Assembly: GCA_903893485.1 (NCBI GenBank)
Contig: CAITMK010000003.1
Location: forward strand, 9,922 to 73,921
Origin: Candidatus Magasanikiibacteriota bacterium
Lineage (GTDB): Bacteria > Patescibacteriota > Patescibacteriia > Magasanikbacterales > 2-02-FULL-50-9b
Reading direction: 5' to 3'
DNA length: 64,000 nt
A program made the position numbers and the translations under genes. Below the pieces are notes generated by a model. The model was not told the origin of the DNA, made no database searches, and was given only the letters and a program-made list of their open reading frames with translations. Every line of letters begins with the position of its first letter. The first letter of the stretch is position 1. Of this stretch, positions 47,597-58,225 are shown one piece after another.

Positions 47597-50116
47597 ATGT
47601 CGACTCATCCGTTTGCGCAAAAAACCACCCAGCATTTTAAAAATGTGCTGGTACAATCATTTCATCAAGCGGCACTGACCGGCACCGGATCGGTTACGTC
47701 GCTCCATTTGTTATTTTCACTTTTGGGTGAGGTCGGCTCGATTGGCCAAGAAATTTTGCATCGCGCTGGCGCCACCCGCGAAATGCTTGCGCCTTTTTTT
47801 GGTGAAATCGAAGGCACGCGTTTTGTACACCAGCAAGGACTTTCCCCTGCTGCCACGCGTATTTTGGAACGCGCAATTTTGGTTGCTGCCAAAAATGGTC
47901 ACACATATATCGGCACCGAACATTTACTTGCCGGGCTTTTGGAATCGTCACCTGCCGAATTAAATTTTTTATTTGAAATTTCAAAAGTTAAACGCGCCAC
48001 CGTTGAACAGCAACTCGAAATCGCATTAAAAAGCGCGGGCAAATTACCAGAATTATTGCACGACTTTAAATCAAAACAATCCACTGCCAAACAAAACGCA
48101 AAACAAAAAACGCCGGCGCTTGAATTTTTTGCAACAGAATTGACCACGCAAAAAGTTGCCGCAAAATTAGACCCGGTGATTGGTCGCGATGAAGAAATTG
48201 AACGCTTAATTCATGTGCTCTGCCGTCGCACCAAAAACAATCCGTTGCTTTTGGGCGATCCGGGCGTTGGTAAAACCGCAATTGTCGAAGGCTTGGCAAA
48301 ACGCATTGTTGATGGCGCGGTTCCTGCAGCGCTTGCCGATAAACGTATTTTTTCCGTTGATTTAGGTTTGGTTATTGCTGGCACCATGTATCGCGGTGAA
48401 TTCGAAGGCCGCATCAAACAACTCATCGACGAGGTAAAACAGCATCCTGAAATTATTTTGTTCATCGATGAAGTACATTCTATTGTTGGTGCAGGTTCAT
48501 CGAATGGCACACTCGACGCAGCGAATTTATTAAAACCTGCATTAGCGCGCGGCGAGTTGCACGTAATTGGCGCAACCACGTTTGAAGAATTCAAAAAACA
48601 CATCGAACACGACGCGGCACTTGAACGCCGTTTTCAAACCGTGATGATCAAAGAACCAACTGCCGACGAAACGATTGAAATTTTGAAACATATTAAATCG
48701 CGTTACGAATCGTTTCATCATGTTGCAATTAGCGATGAAGCAATTGTTGCGGCCACCAAACTATCGCACAAATATTTCCCCGAAAAACATTATCCGGATA
48801 AAGCGATTGACTTGATCGACGAAGCCATGAGCGCGCAAAAAGTTGAGCGCACTCATTTGGAAACGCACACGCGCCGCGCAGAACTTCGCAAAAAAATTAT
48901 TCAACTTGGTCGCAAAAAACAAGAAGCGGTTATCGAAGAAAATTTTGATCGCGCCACTGCGCTGCAAGCCGAAGAATCCGCCGCGCAACTTGAACTTTCG
49001 GCGCTCGAAGCCGTCACTGAGTCCGGCGCGCCACTTGGCACGGTTACCGCACGCGATATGTACGCCGTTTTGGCACGCATCACCCGCCGCCCACTGGCCG
49101 AAATGTCGAGTGGTATTAATGCTCGCGGCATTTCTGCACTGCTCACGCAAAAAGTTTTTGGGCAATCAGAAGCGCTTACCAAAATTGCTGCAACACTTGC
49201 AAAAGCAGAATTAGGTTTGGGCAGCGACACGCGCCCACTTGCTTCATTTCTTTTTGTTGGCCCAACCGGCACAGGCAAATCCGAAGTTGCAAAATTAATT
49301 GCCGCTGGCGCCTATGGCGATCCAAAAGCCGTGATCCATCTTTCCATGACGGAATTTTCGGAAGGATTTAGCGTTTCCAAACTTCTCGGCTCGCCCGCTG
49401 GTTACGTTGGCCACAAAGAATCAACCACACTCGTTGATCGACTTCGCCGCCAACCACTTTCCGTAATCGTGTTCGACGAAATCGACAAAGCGCATGGCGA
49501 TGTACTCAATATTTTATTGCAAATGCTCGAAGAAGGCCGACTCACGGATTCATCGGGCAAAGAAGCGAACGTCAAACAGTGCATTATTATTTTGACACAC
49601 CAAATTCCCTACGAAGAAGCCGCGGGATCGCAGTTTGGTTTTGGTGCAAGCACAATTGGTGCAAATCGCGGCCAGGCGCGCACGGCAAAAGAAATCGAAC
49701 AGTCGCTTCGCACCATCATGAAACCAGAACTGTTAAATCGTATCGATTCAATTTGCGTGTTTCAACCGCTTACCGAAGATGCACTCGCACAAATCGCAGG
49801 CGCTGAACTTGCAGATTTAGCAACGCGCGTTTCAAAACGCGGTATTGCGCTTACGTGGGATGATGGAGCGCCCGCAGCAATTGCAAAAACAATTTCAAGT
49901 GCGGCTGATGGCGCCCGCAGCGTTCGACACGCAACGTACACACAAATTGAACAACCGCTCATCGATGCATATTTGGCGCAAGAAGAAATGTCCGCATACC
50001 ATATTGAATCGGAAGATGGTATAATCCGTGGTATTCCAACCTATGGACGAGACCAGCAATTCATCACAACTCTCAAGAAATCCAGGGCTCGAGTACGCAC
50101 AAGCGCAAAGGCTTAA
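47597..50116 (+). CDS. clpC: Clp/Hsp100 AAA+ chaperone, ClpC-like (two Clp-N repeats, two AAA modules, short UVR-containing linker)
   Basis: GDPGVGKTA and GPTGTGKSE Walker A motifs and a sensor-2 region; 839 aa fits ClpC rather than ClpB. Confidence 0.85.
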   Translation: MSTHPFAQKTTQHFKNVLVQSFHQAALTGTGSVTSLHLLFSLLGEVGSIGQEILHRAGATREMLAPFFGEIEGTRFVHQQGLSPAATRILERAILVAAKNGHTYIGTEHLLAGLLESSPAELNFLFEISKVKRATVEQQLEIALKSAGKLPELLHDFKSKQSTAKQNAKQKTPALEFFATELTTQKVAAKLDPVIGRDEEIERLIHVLCRRTKNNPLLLGDPGVGKTAIVEGLAKRIVDGAVPAALADKRIFSVDLGLVIAGTMYRGEFEGRIKQLIDEVKQHPEIILFIDEVHSIVGAGSSNGTLDAANLLKPALARGELHVIGATTFEEFKKHIEHDAALERRFQTVMIKEPTADETIEILKHIKSRYESFHHVAISDEAIVAATKLSHKYFPEKHYPDKAIDLIDEAMSAQKVERTHLETHTRRAELRKKIIQLGRKKQEAVIEENFDRATALQAEESAAQLELSALEAVTESGAPLGTVTARDMYAVLARITRRPLAEMSSGINARGISALLTQKVFGQSEALTKIAATLAKAELGLGSDTRPLASFLFVGPTGTGKSEVAKLIAAGAYGDPKAVIHLSMTEFSEGFSVSKLLGSPAGYVGHKESTTLVDRLRRQPLSVIVFDEIDKAHGDVLNILLQMLEEGRLTDSSGKEANVKQCIIILTHQIPYEEAAGSQFGFGASTIGANRGQARTAKEIEQSLRTIMKPELLNRIDSICVFQPLTEDALAQIAGAELADLATRVSKRGIALTWDDGAPAAIAKTISSAADGARSVRHATYTQIEQPLIDAYLAQEEMSAYHIESEDGIIRGIPTYGRDQQFITTLKKSRARVRTSAKA

Positions 50117-50411
50117 TGAAGCGCGCGCGGCGAATAATCTTCAAGCTGCTTCTGAGAAAAACACTGCTAGCAACGCGAACACCGTCTACGATGAGCCTAG
50201 TGTTGATGAATACCCTGATGATGAGCTCGAGGACGACGCTTCGGATGATAGCAATGAAGAAACAGGAGGCGAACAAACTTCCGACGATTCAGGCCCATCG
50301 AATGCAGACAAGGCCAAGGAGTTGGCAAAAGCTGCGCGCTTTGGCATCTGGGGAGCTGTTCTGTGGTTTTTAAAAAAATTGTGGGGACTCTTCACCGCAC
50401 AAAATTCATAA
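50028..50411 (+). CDS. possible small acidic protein overlapping the clpC 3' end
   Basis: 127-aa ORF with a D/E-rich centre and C-terminal amphipathic/hydrophobic tail. The only in-frame ATGs lie 73-90 nt inside clpC. May be non-coding. Confidence 0.25.
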   Translation: MVFQPMDETSNSSQLSRNPGLEYAQAQRLNEARAANNLQAASEKNTASNANTVYDEPSVDEYPDDELEDDASDDSNEETGGEQTSDDSGPSNADKAKELAKAARFGIWGAVLWFLKKLWGLFTAQNS

Positions 50412-50423
50412 TTGTTCTTTTAT

Positions 50424-51680
50424 ATGGAAACTGAATTCGACAAAAAAAAGGTTCTTGCCCTTGTTGGCATTGTTGCGGCCACCGGGCTCATTGGCTACAT
50501 CATTTACGTAGTTTTTTTTAAATCCGCAGCGCCAGCCGCGGTCACTACTCCAACCGAACAAACCGCTGGCGGAGGTCTTTCACCTTCCGGACAAGCAACC
50601 CCAGGCACCAATGTGGTAACGCCGCAAGCACCAGAGCAACAAGTTTTTTCTTCCGCATCACAAATTAGCCCACTCGCTACTGCTGGGTCAAAAATTGTAA
50701 GCGTCACACCAATTGTCACACTCCCAACCGTTGGCGTAACTGCCGCGGCAAATGGGAATGATTTACAATTTTACAACTCAGTTGATGGGAAATTTTACAA
50801 AATTAATTCTGACGGCACCCCAACCACGTTAACTCCAGATTCATTTCCAAACGTAAAAACCGTTGAATGGTCCCCAAATAAATCGCTCGCCGCAATGAGT
50901 TTTCCAGATGGCAGCAAAATTGTATACGATTTTAAAGCGCAGAAACAATACACGCTTCCAAAACATTGGGACTCAATCACCTTTTCGCCAGACAGTACAC
51001 AACTGTACGGAAAAACCCAAAGTCCAGATCCAGAATTGCGGTTTTTATTTAGTTCAAACGTCGATGGCACGGGCGCAACTCCAATTGAACCACTTGGCAA
51101 TAATGGCGATAAAGTTATCATTGCACCATCACCAAACAATCAGGTCATTGCATTTTCAAATACCGCGGACCCAATTGGGGGCGGCGCCGAACGCATGGGC
51201 ATGCTTCTGATTGGCAAAAATCACGAAAACTTTAAACAAATGACCATTGAAGGTCTTGGTTTTCAACCAAAGTGGTCACCAAACGGTGATAAGGTTTTAT
51301 ACAGCGCATACAATCGCAGTACCGGTTTAGCACCAATTTTATGGGTTGATGGTGGCACTGACAGCACTGTTGGCCAACTCAAAAACGCTTTTCCAATTAA
51401 AACTTGGGCAAGTAAATGTACGTTTGCATCAAACGACGAAGCAATCTGCGCGGTACCAAATCCAGATACGCTTCTTCCTGGCATCGGTTTTGCACCACAA
51501 CTCGCAACCAATACCGACGATACTATTTACAAAATCAATCTTAAAAGCGGTTTACAAACAATCGTTGGAAAACCAGATGGCAACCGCACGATTTCAGAAG
51601 TTACCGCATCAGAAGATGGCCAGTACCTGTACATGAAAGACCAAAATTCGGGAGAGCTGCTGAAAATGCGTCTTAAATAA
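50424..51680 (+). CDS. membrane-anchored WD40-like beta-propeller protein (TolB/PD40-like repeats)
   Basis: ATG at 50424 (METEFDKK); the track form starts at a TTG at 50412. N-terminal TM, Thr/Pro-rich linker, recurring WSPN/FSPD..G...Y repeats. Confidence 0.6.
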   Translation: METEFDKKKVLALVGIVAATGLIGYIIYVVFFKSAAPAAVTTPTEQTAGGGLSPSGQATPGTNVVTPQAPEQQVFSSASQISPLATAGSKIVSVTPIVTLPTVGVTAAANGNDLQFYNSVDGKFYKINSDGTPTTLTPDSFPNVKTVEWSPNKSLAAMSFPDGSKIVYDFKAQKQYTLPKHWDSITFSPDSTQLYGKTQSPDPELRFLFSSNVDGTGATPIEPLGNNGDKVIIAPSPNNQVIAFSNTADPIGGGAERMGMLLIGKNHENFKQMTIEGLGFQPKWSPNGDKVLYSAYNRSTGLAPILWVDGGTDSTVGQLKNAFPIKTWASKCTFASNDEAICAVPNPDTLLPGIGFAPQLATNTDDTIYKINLKSGLQTIVGKPDGNRTISEVTASEDGQYLYMKDQNSGELLKMRLK

Positions 51681-51681
51681 T

Positions 51682-52353
51682 ATGCGAAACGAGACCGCAA
51701 TTGCCGCGGGGCTTATCTGTTGCAGTATCATAATTGGCGGCATTGCCATTATTAAGTTACAAAATTCTGATTCAGCCACGCCTCAGCAATTAACTAAATT
51801 GACCACTCCACCAATACGAATTACTGACCCTACACAAGGGCCAGAAAAGGCGCCGGTCACAATTGTGGTGTATGCTGATTTTGCATGCGATAGCTGCGGC
51901 GGGCTTGCCACCGAACTTTCGAATCTACGCCATGAATCAGAAATTGGCAATAAGTTTCGGGTGATCTGGAAAGATTTTCCGATACACCAACAAACACTTC
52001 CAAAAAGTTTTGATCTACATATTGCAGCTCGATGCGCTGCAACCATGGGTAAATTTTGGGAATTTCATGACGCGGTATTTGCCCATGCAAATCAACTTAT
52101 TTTTGGAACCGATATTTTATCCGCGGTGGAACAAGAATCTGGCGTTTCTCCATCGCGCATTGCCGATTGCATGAAGTCATCCGCAATTACGGATTTAATT
52201 AATCAAAATATGGCTGATGGGCGAGCGCTTGGCATCACCGCACTCCCCACCTATTTTATCAATGGCAACCGCAACGAAGGTGTCCTCCCTTACAATCAAC
52301 TTCGTGGTATAATTCGGAGCGAAATCGCAACATATGATGCATCGCATCCGTAA
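51682..52353 (+). CDS. DsbA-family thiol:disulfide oxidoreductase (membrane-anchored)
   Basis: N-terminal TM and a thioredoxin fold with a CDSC CxxC; 1 nt after the upstream gene. Confidence 0.65.
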   Translation: MRNETAIAAGLICCSIIIGGIAIIKLQNSDSATPQQLTKLTTPPIRITDPTQGPEKAPVTIVVYADFACDSCGGLATELSNLRHESEIGNKFRVIWKDFPIHQQTLPKSFDLHIAARCAATMGKFWEFHDAVFAHANQLIFGTDILSAVEQESGVSPSRIADCMKSSAITDLINQNMADGRALGITALPTYFINGNRNEGVLPYNQLRGIIRSEIATYDASHP

Positions 52354-54676
52354 TTTTTTCATTGCAAGTTTTTTTGTAATCAGCACTTTTTTAGTGCCGG
52401 CTTCGGCGCACGCACTTGATAATTTTTTAGACTGCACCAACCTAACAAATAATTGCAACAACCGCAGCGGCTGCGTTCAAAATCATATTGGCACGAATCC
52501 TGATACGGGATATAGCACGGTCGTCAATAATGTTTTAACCAGTATGTGTATCCCCTACTACACATACGATCTTTGTGGTACCGATAGTTATTCGAAAGCT
52601 CATATTACGATGGGGACTGTTGATTCTGGAAATTGTCAACAAAAAGGCGAATATTGCGCACTCGTAAGTTCTACAAAATACAAGGATCATTTTGCTGCTT
52701 TTTGTGTAAATGATCAGATGATTCCAAAAGCACTAAATTCAAACAACATTTGTACAACATCAGCAAATTGTAATGTTAACCAGCAATGTGTTTTTGTATC
52801 AACGGTTAATCTCAGTACTGGCATTATTAACGGTAAGGACTCAAGTTTCTCATTCCAGAATGATTTGAACCCACTATTTACCGCTACTCGTTGCATGGAT
52901 ACCAATCTTTTGCCACCAGAACTTGTTGACCCAAAACTTGGTGGCACTTGTGGCACAAACTCAAGCTGCACTGATTCACAAATTTGTGTTCAAAATACAT
53001 TCGATCCAGAACACTATCCGCAAGTTTGTGTTGATAAAACAGCTGCCGCCATTACCACGAACTGCGACAAAGCTCACGTTGCAAGTCAATGCAACACCGG
53101 GACACAAACAAATCATGTTTGCATGCAAATTGTATCGGATCTAAAAAATCCATATCAATGTGTCGATGTAACCACGCTCCCCGGCGGCCCTACGGCACCA
53201 ACCGTAAAGGTCTGCGATACTGATGCTGATTGCAAAGGTATTGGATCTTCCGCAGATGGCACCGCAGGATATTGTTTATATAATCCCGCTACGAAAAAAA
53301 ATCAGTGCATGCCAAATTCGGTTGTGTACACCGATGCTGCGGCAACAGCCAGCTGTAAAATTCCAGGCACCAGCGGTTGTGAGGCTGGCGATCCAACTTC
53401 GATTTGCACCTATCGACCATCCGCAACATTGGCTTTCATGTGCATTAAAGGTAATTCGCTGGGAAGTGGCGCGGGCATGGCTGCATATGTTCCTCCACCA
53501 CAACTAGCTACTGCGCAAGATACTAACACCCGCCCCGCACCCGTACTCGAAATTAACATTCCTGATCTTTCGTTTACCGATAAGCTCGTTGGTCACGCCG
53601 CGCCCGGTGGACAAATTTTCGATGTGAATTATCTGGCAACATATATTAATGCCGTGTACAAATACGGTATCGGACTTTGTGTTTTAGTTGCCACGATCAT
53701 GCTCATGTATTCTGGTTTTCTATACATGACCGCTGGTGGAAATTCAAAGGCCGCAACCGAAGCAACTACTGGCGCCAAAAATGCAGTCGCAGGACTTATC
53801 ATTCTTTTTTGTGCGTACATTTTCTTATACACAATCAATCCCAACTTAACGCAGCTAAAATCAATTAGTATTTTTGCGCAACAAACGGATCCTTACGAGT
53901 TAAAGGACGATGGTGAATCCACACCAACCCTCACCGAAGGCCAAACAAATAGTATTACCACGCAAACAGGTCCCTTTACCCCAATCGATTCTAAAAGTCC
54001 GTTGATCGAACAGCTCATCGGCGCGCTACCCGATAGTATCGAGGCGTGCTCGCCTGCTGCGGCAGATTATGCCGCGACTAAATTAACTGCATTGGGCATT
54101 TGTGTCCGCGACAAAAACTGTGCAAATACCGCATCAGCGTTCATGAACTATATAAAATGCACAAAAGTTTTTGAAGGAAGTGCGCGTTATCTTCCTGCCG
54201 TGCTTAGTAAATCTGGATGGACAACAATATTGATTCAAAAAGGTCAAGAACAAAACTTACCGCTTGGTGTTCTTTGGATGAATGATGGTCACGTTGGAGT
54301 TTCGCTTGGCAATGGAAAAGGACAATTCGATTCCGGTAATGGGCAACATGCACTCAATGAAATAAATAAAATAACCGGTGGTAACTGTGCGAAATTGAAT
54401 CACAAAGTCGCCAACGTTGACGATTGTAATTCGTGCGCAAAAATCCAAGCAAAAAAACCAATCGCCGACGTGGATGTGCAATCGTGGTACAAAAATCCAA
54501 CCGTTACCCCTATTACCGAAAAATATTCATGGAAGCTCATCATGGTCCCTCCAAAATACGCTCAATCAACCGTGCCGCGTGGTCCTTGCAGCGTAGCGGG
54601 AATCAACATTAAAGATGGGGTTGAGTCCACACTCTGCAATGCGCTTACCAATACGTGGCCCCCAGCAAAATCTTAA
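52334..54676 (+). CDS. Cys-rich secreted protein with a conserved two-helix membrane hairpin and a C-terminal NlpC/P60- or CHAP-like papain-fold peptidoglycan hydrolase domain
   Basis: Signal peptide ...ASAHA; about 40 Cys in the ectodomain; hydrophobic pair IGLCVLVATIMLMYSGFLYM / AVAGLIILFCAYIFLY; C-terminal ...NC(x55)...LPLGVLWMNDGHVGVSLGNG (Cys...His about 55 aa apart). Confidence 0.7.
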   Translation: MMHRIRNFFIASFFVISTFLVPASAHALDNFLDCTNLTNNCNNRSGCVQNHIGTNPDTGYSTVVNNVLTSMCIPYYTYDLCGTDSYSKAHITMGTVDSGNCQQKGEYCALVSSTKYKDHFAAFCVNDQMIPKALNSNNICTTSANCNVNQQCVFVSTVNLSTGIINGKDSSFSFQNDLNPLFTATRCMDTNLLPPELVDPKLGGTCGTNSSCTDSQICVQNTFDPEHYPQVCVDKTAAAITTNCDKAHVASQCNTGTQTNHVCMQIVSDLKNPYQCVDVTTLPGGPTAPTVKVCDTDADCKGIGSSADGTAGYCLYNPATKKNQCMPNSVVYTDAAATASCKIPGTSGCEAGDPTSICTYRPSATLAFMCIKGNSLGSGAGMAAYVPPPQLATAQDTNTRPAPVLEINIPDLSFTDKLVGHAAPGGQIFDVNYLATYINAVYKYGIGLCVLVATIMLMYSGFLYMTAGGNSKAATEATTGAKNAVAGLIILFCAYIFLYTINPNLTQLKSISIFAQQTDPYELKDDGESTPTLTEGQTNSITTQTGPFTPIDSKSPLIEQLIGALPDSIEACSPAAADYAATKLTALGICVRDKNCANTASAFMNYIKCTKVFEGSARYLPAVLSKSGWTTILIQKGQEQNLPLGVLWMNDGHVGVSLGNGKGQFDSGNGQHALNEINKITGGNCAKLNHKVANVDDCNSCAKIQAKKPIADVDVQSWYKNPTVTPITEKYSWKLIMVPPKYAQSTVPRGPCSVAGINIKDGVESTLCNALTNTWPPAKS

Positions 54677-54678
54677 CT

Positions 54679-56850
54679 ATGAGATTTCGCTTTCGTCTTT
54701 ATCTCATTTCAAGTTTATTATTTTTGAGTGCCTTTGCCGCGCCATCTTCTGCGCATGCACTCGGCAATGATGTTCTTCAAAATTGCGCATCCGTAACCGG
54801 CTGTGATTCGAATTTAACCTGCGTCCAGAAAAATAATGTAAGCGGATTTAATATTCAACCGCTGGATAATATTTGCATGCCGGAGCCGGCTTACGCCAAT
54901 TGCGGTCTAAAAAATGAGGGCCTACAAATTAAAGGTAAATGCGAACTTGGGAGTTTTGAATGTGCCGTAATCAGCTCCCTCAAACGCACAAACGCGTACG
55001 TTGATTCATGTGTTTCAAAATCAAAATTGCCTCAGATGGGCGTTTTAGATCAAACCGATTGCTCTGATTCCACTGACTGTAATGTTGGAGAGCAGTGCGT
55101 TCTGGTTTCCCTGCCAAATGATACCGGGACCAATACCACGTTTGGCACCCACCGCTGTATTTCGATTTTAGATTTACCAACAAAAATTGTGGATGATGCC
55201 GGATCGTGTTTTGCAAAAAAGAAATGCGATCCCGGTCTTGTTTGTGTACGCCACATCGATGACAAGACCGTTGATAATCCGTTTGTCTGCCAAAAAAATA
55301 CCGACGTTAAGCCCGCGCCAACTTGCATCGATAAAACGACCATTGGCACAGATTGTGTTATTGATGGCACTCCAGGCACTTGCTTGGATATTTTTATTGG
55401 CACGTCAAAACCAGTTGTGCAATGTGTTCGTAAAGATACGCTTATCGGCGGCGTCAATGCGCCAAGTTCACAAGTTTGCACCAACGATAACGATTGCAGC
55501 TCCGTAACCGGATTTCCTTATTGCGTCACCAACCCAGCTACGGGGAAAAATCAATGTTTTGGCCAGGATCAAATTTATACTGCAATGACTAATCCTGCTG
55601 ATGCAAAATGTACTACCGGTTCTCCAAGCGCCTCGTGTGCATGTACCGCAAATAAAATAACTGGCTGCGCGGGTAATGCTGGCGGATCTGTCTGTTCAAC
55701 ACATTTGGGCGGCTCTGGTGGATTTATTTGTATCCATAATCAAGCGCTCAGTGCGGGTACAACAACCGTTGGATACACCCCTGCAGCCACGCCCCAAGAC
55801 AGTAATACTCGCCCCGCGCCAGTACTTGAAGTCGCAATTCCAACGGTAAATTTTTCAGATGCGCTTACCGGGACATCAACCACCGGTGGTCAAATTTTTA
55901 ATGTAGATTATTTAGCGACCTACATAAATGGTGCATATAAATATGGCATCGGTGTAGGAGTACTTTTTGCAACACTTTTGCTCATGTACGCGGGCTTTTC
56001 TTACATGACCGCTTTTGGAAATGCAAAACAAGTTAGCACCGCAACCGATAATGCAAGAAATGCAATCATGGGGCTTGCACTATTATTTTCTGCATACACG
56101 ATTCTATATATAATCGATCCAAATATAACGCAGCTCAAATCAATACAAATTTTCTCACCATCAACCGAAGTATTTGATATTGGTACTGCAAATTTTGTCG
56201 ATGAAAATTCTACACCACAATCAACTCCGCCATCAGTATCTTCGAGCCCAAGTGCATTTGATGATATTTTTAAAAAATATGCACAATGTTCCGGTATCAA
56301 CTGGGAACTTATGAAGGCAATTGCGAAACATGAATCTGGCCTCAACCCAAATATTCCAAATGGAAGCGGAAGCAGCTGTATCGGACTTTTTCAAGCGAAA
56401 GCTGGAAAAGATAATGCATTCTGCAAAGCAGTTTTAAAACCCGTACACCTCGATGTTAAATGCGATGTACCTGGCCTTACTGATCCAGATCTTAATACCG
56501 CATTTGCAACAGAAATTTTTAAAGTATCAGTTCCCGCTATAAATAAAAGGTGTCCGGATGCGACATTCGGTGATAAAGTTTTTTTGTTATATTTTGCAAA
56601 TGGTAACGGGCCAAGTGGCATGAACACTGCAATTACAGCCTACCACTGTAATCCCGTGAGCAACCCATCAACATGGCCTGATCCAGATACCCGGTGGCCT
56701 GCTGGAACAGCTCACGGACTCGGTGGCGTAAAAGTTTATCATGGTGCAACAAAAGCCTACAATTATGATATTGTTAATGTGATTTCTGCTCTAGGCGTAA
56801 CACAATTCAGCGGTCCAATGAATGCATCTGTCTGCCCAACGCACCACTAG
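54679..56850 (+). CDS. Cys-rich secreted protein, paralog of 52334..54676, with the same membrane hairpin and a C-terminal SLT lytic transglycosylase domain
   Basis: ATG at 54679 gives signal peptide MRFRFRLYLISSLLFLSAFAAPSSAHA; the track form starts at a GTG at 54655. SLT motif AIAKHESGLNP...GSSCIGLFQ; the hairpin region is about 75% identical to the paralog. Confidence 0.75.
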   Translation: MRFRFRLYLISSLLFLSAFAAPSSAHALGNDVLQNCASVTGCDSNLTCVQKNNVSGFNIQPLDNICMPEPAYANCGLKNEGLQIKGKCELGSFECAVISSLKRTNAYVDSCVSKSKLPQMGVLDQTDCSDSTDCNVGEQCVLVSLPNDTGTNTTFGTHRCISILDLPTKIVDDAGSCFAKKKCDPGLVCVRHIDDKTVDNPFVCQKNTDVKPAPTCIDKTTIGTDCVIDGTPGTCLDIFIGTSKPVVQCVRKDTLIGGVNAPSSQVCTNDNDCSSVTGFPYCVTNPATGKNQCFGQDQIYTAMTNPADAKCTTGSPSASCACTANKITGCAGNAGGSVCSTHLGGSGGFICIHNQALSAGTTTVGYTPAATPQDSNTRPAPVLEVAIPTVNFSDALTGTSTTGGQIFNVDYLATYINGAYKYGIGVGVLFATLLLMYAGFSYMTAFGNAKQVSTATDNARNAIMGLALLFSAYTILYIIDPNITQLKSIQIFSPSTEVFDIGTANFVDENSTPQSTPPSVSSSPSAFDDIFKKYAQCSGINWELMKAIAKHESGLNPNIPNGSGSSCIGLFQAKAGKDNAFCKAVLKPVHLDVKCDVPGLTDPDLNTAFATEIFKVSVPAINKRCPDATFGDKVFLLYFANGNGPSGMNTAITAYHCNPVSNPSTWPDPDTRWPAGTAHGLGGVKVYHGATKAYNYDIVNVISALGVTQFSGPMNASVCPTHH

Positions 56851-56889
56851 CTTGCTGAAAATTCAAACCTGCGCTAAGGTGATACCACT

Positions 56890-58224
56890 ATGTTTGTTTG
56901 TACGGAATGCAAATCTCGCTCGCAAAAGTGGTCTGGAAAATGTTTGAATTGCAGCGCGTGGAGTAGTTTGGTCGAGGCGCCGGACGAAAAAAAGAAAAAA
57001 GGCTTGGGTGGTGGCGGCAGTGCCGCGCCACTCGTTGCGCTTCAAGATATTTCTGCGTCGGCGCCAGCCCACGCACGTTTGTCCACTAAAATTGCATCAG
57101 TCGATGAAGTTTTAGGCGGTGGCATTGTGCCCGGATCATTGGTTTTGCTTGCGGGCGAGCCAGGCATTGGTAAATCAACAATTGTCATGCAAATCGCAAT
57201 CGCGGCGCGCGGCGCACTCTATGTTTCCGGCGAAGAATCCGCGGATCAAGTTTCCCTGCGCATGAAACGCTTGGCCGGCCCAGGCGGTAAAGCTGATATC
57301 AAATTTATTGGCACCACGGATTTTGAAGAAGTCTATAACGCCATCAAAACGCATCGGCCAACGCTTGCGATTGTGGATTCGGTGCAAACCATGCGCCATC
57401 CAGATGTACCAAGCGAGCCGGGCAACGTGGCGCAAATCCGCGCGGTAGCAAATGCACTCATGGATTTGGCAAATCAAACTGGCGTGCCAATTATTTTAAT
57501 CGGCCACGTTACCAAAGACGGTTCGGTGGCGGGCCCAAAAACTTTGGAGCATTTGGTGGATGTGGTTATCGCGCTCGAAGGTGAACGATCCGATCGTTTG
57601 CGCTTTATGCGTTGTTTTAAAAATCGTTTTGGTCCAACCGATGAGGTTGCGGTTTTGGAGATGCTAGAAAATGGGTTGCAGCCCGTTGCAGATCCGTCTG
57701 GATTGTTACTGCAGGAACGTTCCCTGCCAGTTCCTGGCACCGTGGTGACGTGCCTCATGGATGGTAACCGCCCGATCTTGGTTGAAATTCAAGCGCTTAC
57801 CACGCGCACCACGTTTGGTTTTCCGCAGCGCCGCGCCGTTGGTGTGGACACGGGCCGTTTGCAGATTTTATTGGCCGTGCTTGGCCGCCGCATGGGTTTG
57901 CCGGTTGATCAGTTCGACGTGTTTGTAAATGTTGTTGGCGGATTATCTGCCGATGAGCCCGCCGCAGATTTAGCAATTTGCATGGCCATTGCATCTGCGC
58001 TTGCGGACAAAACAATTCCACAAACCGTTATTGCGTTTGGCGAAGTTGGCCTATCCGGCGAAATCCGCCGCGTGAAAAATATGGATAAGCGGCTAAAAGA
58101 AGCGGAACGCCAAGGATTTAAATTTGCGCTCGTACCAGCTGCCAAAAATTTTCCAACAACAAAAACTTTAAAACTAACGCCGATTGCTGATATTAAATCG
58201 GTCCTCGAAAAAATTGAAAAATAA
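56890..58224 (+). CDS. radA: DNA repair protein RadA/Sms
   Basis: C4 zinc finger CTECKS...CLNC, Walker A GEPGIGKST, KNRFG motif, and a Lon-like C-terminal domain. Confidence 0.95.
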   Translation: MFVCTECKSRSQKWSGKCLNCSAWSSLVEAPDEKKKKGLGGGGSAAPLVALQDISASAPAHARLSTKIASVDEVLGGGIVPGSLVLLAGEPGIGKSTIVMQIAIAARGALYVSGEESADQVSLRMKRLAGPGGKADIKFIGTTDFEEVYNAIKTHRPTLAIVDSVQTMRHPDVPSEPGNVAQIRAVANALMDLANQTGVPIILIGHVTKDGSVAGPKTLEHLVDVVIALEGERSDRLRFMRCFKNRFGPTDEVAVLEMLENGLQPVADPSGLLLQERSLPVPGTVVTCLMDGNRPILVEIQALTTRTTFGFPQRRAVGVDTGRLQILLAVLGRRMGLPVDQFDVFVNVVGGLSADEPAADLAICMAIASALADKTIPQTVIAFGEVGLSGEIRRVKNMDKRLKEAERQGFKFALVPAAKNFPTTKTLKLTPIADIKSVLEKIEK

Positions 58225-58225
58225 A

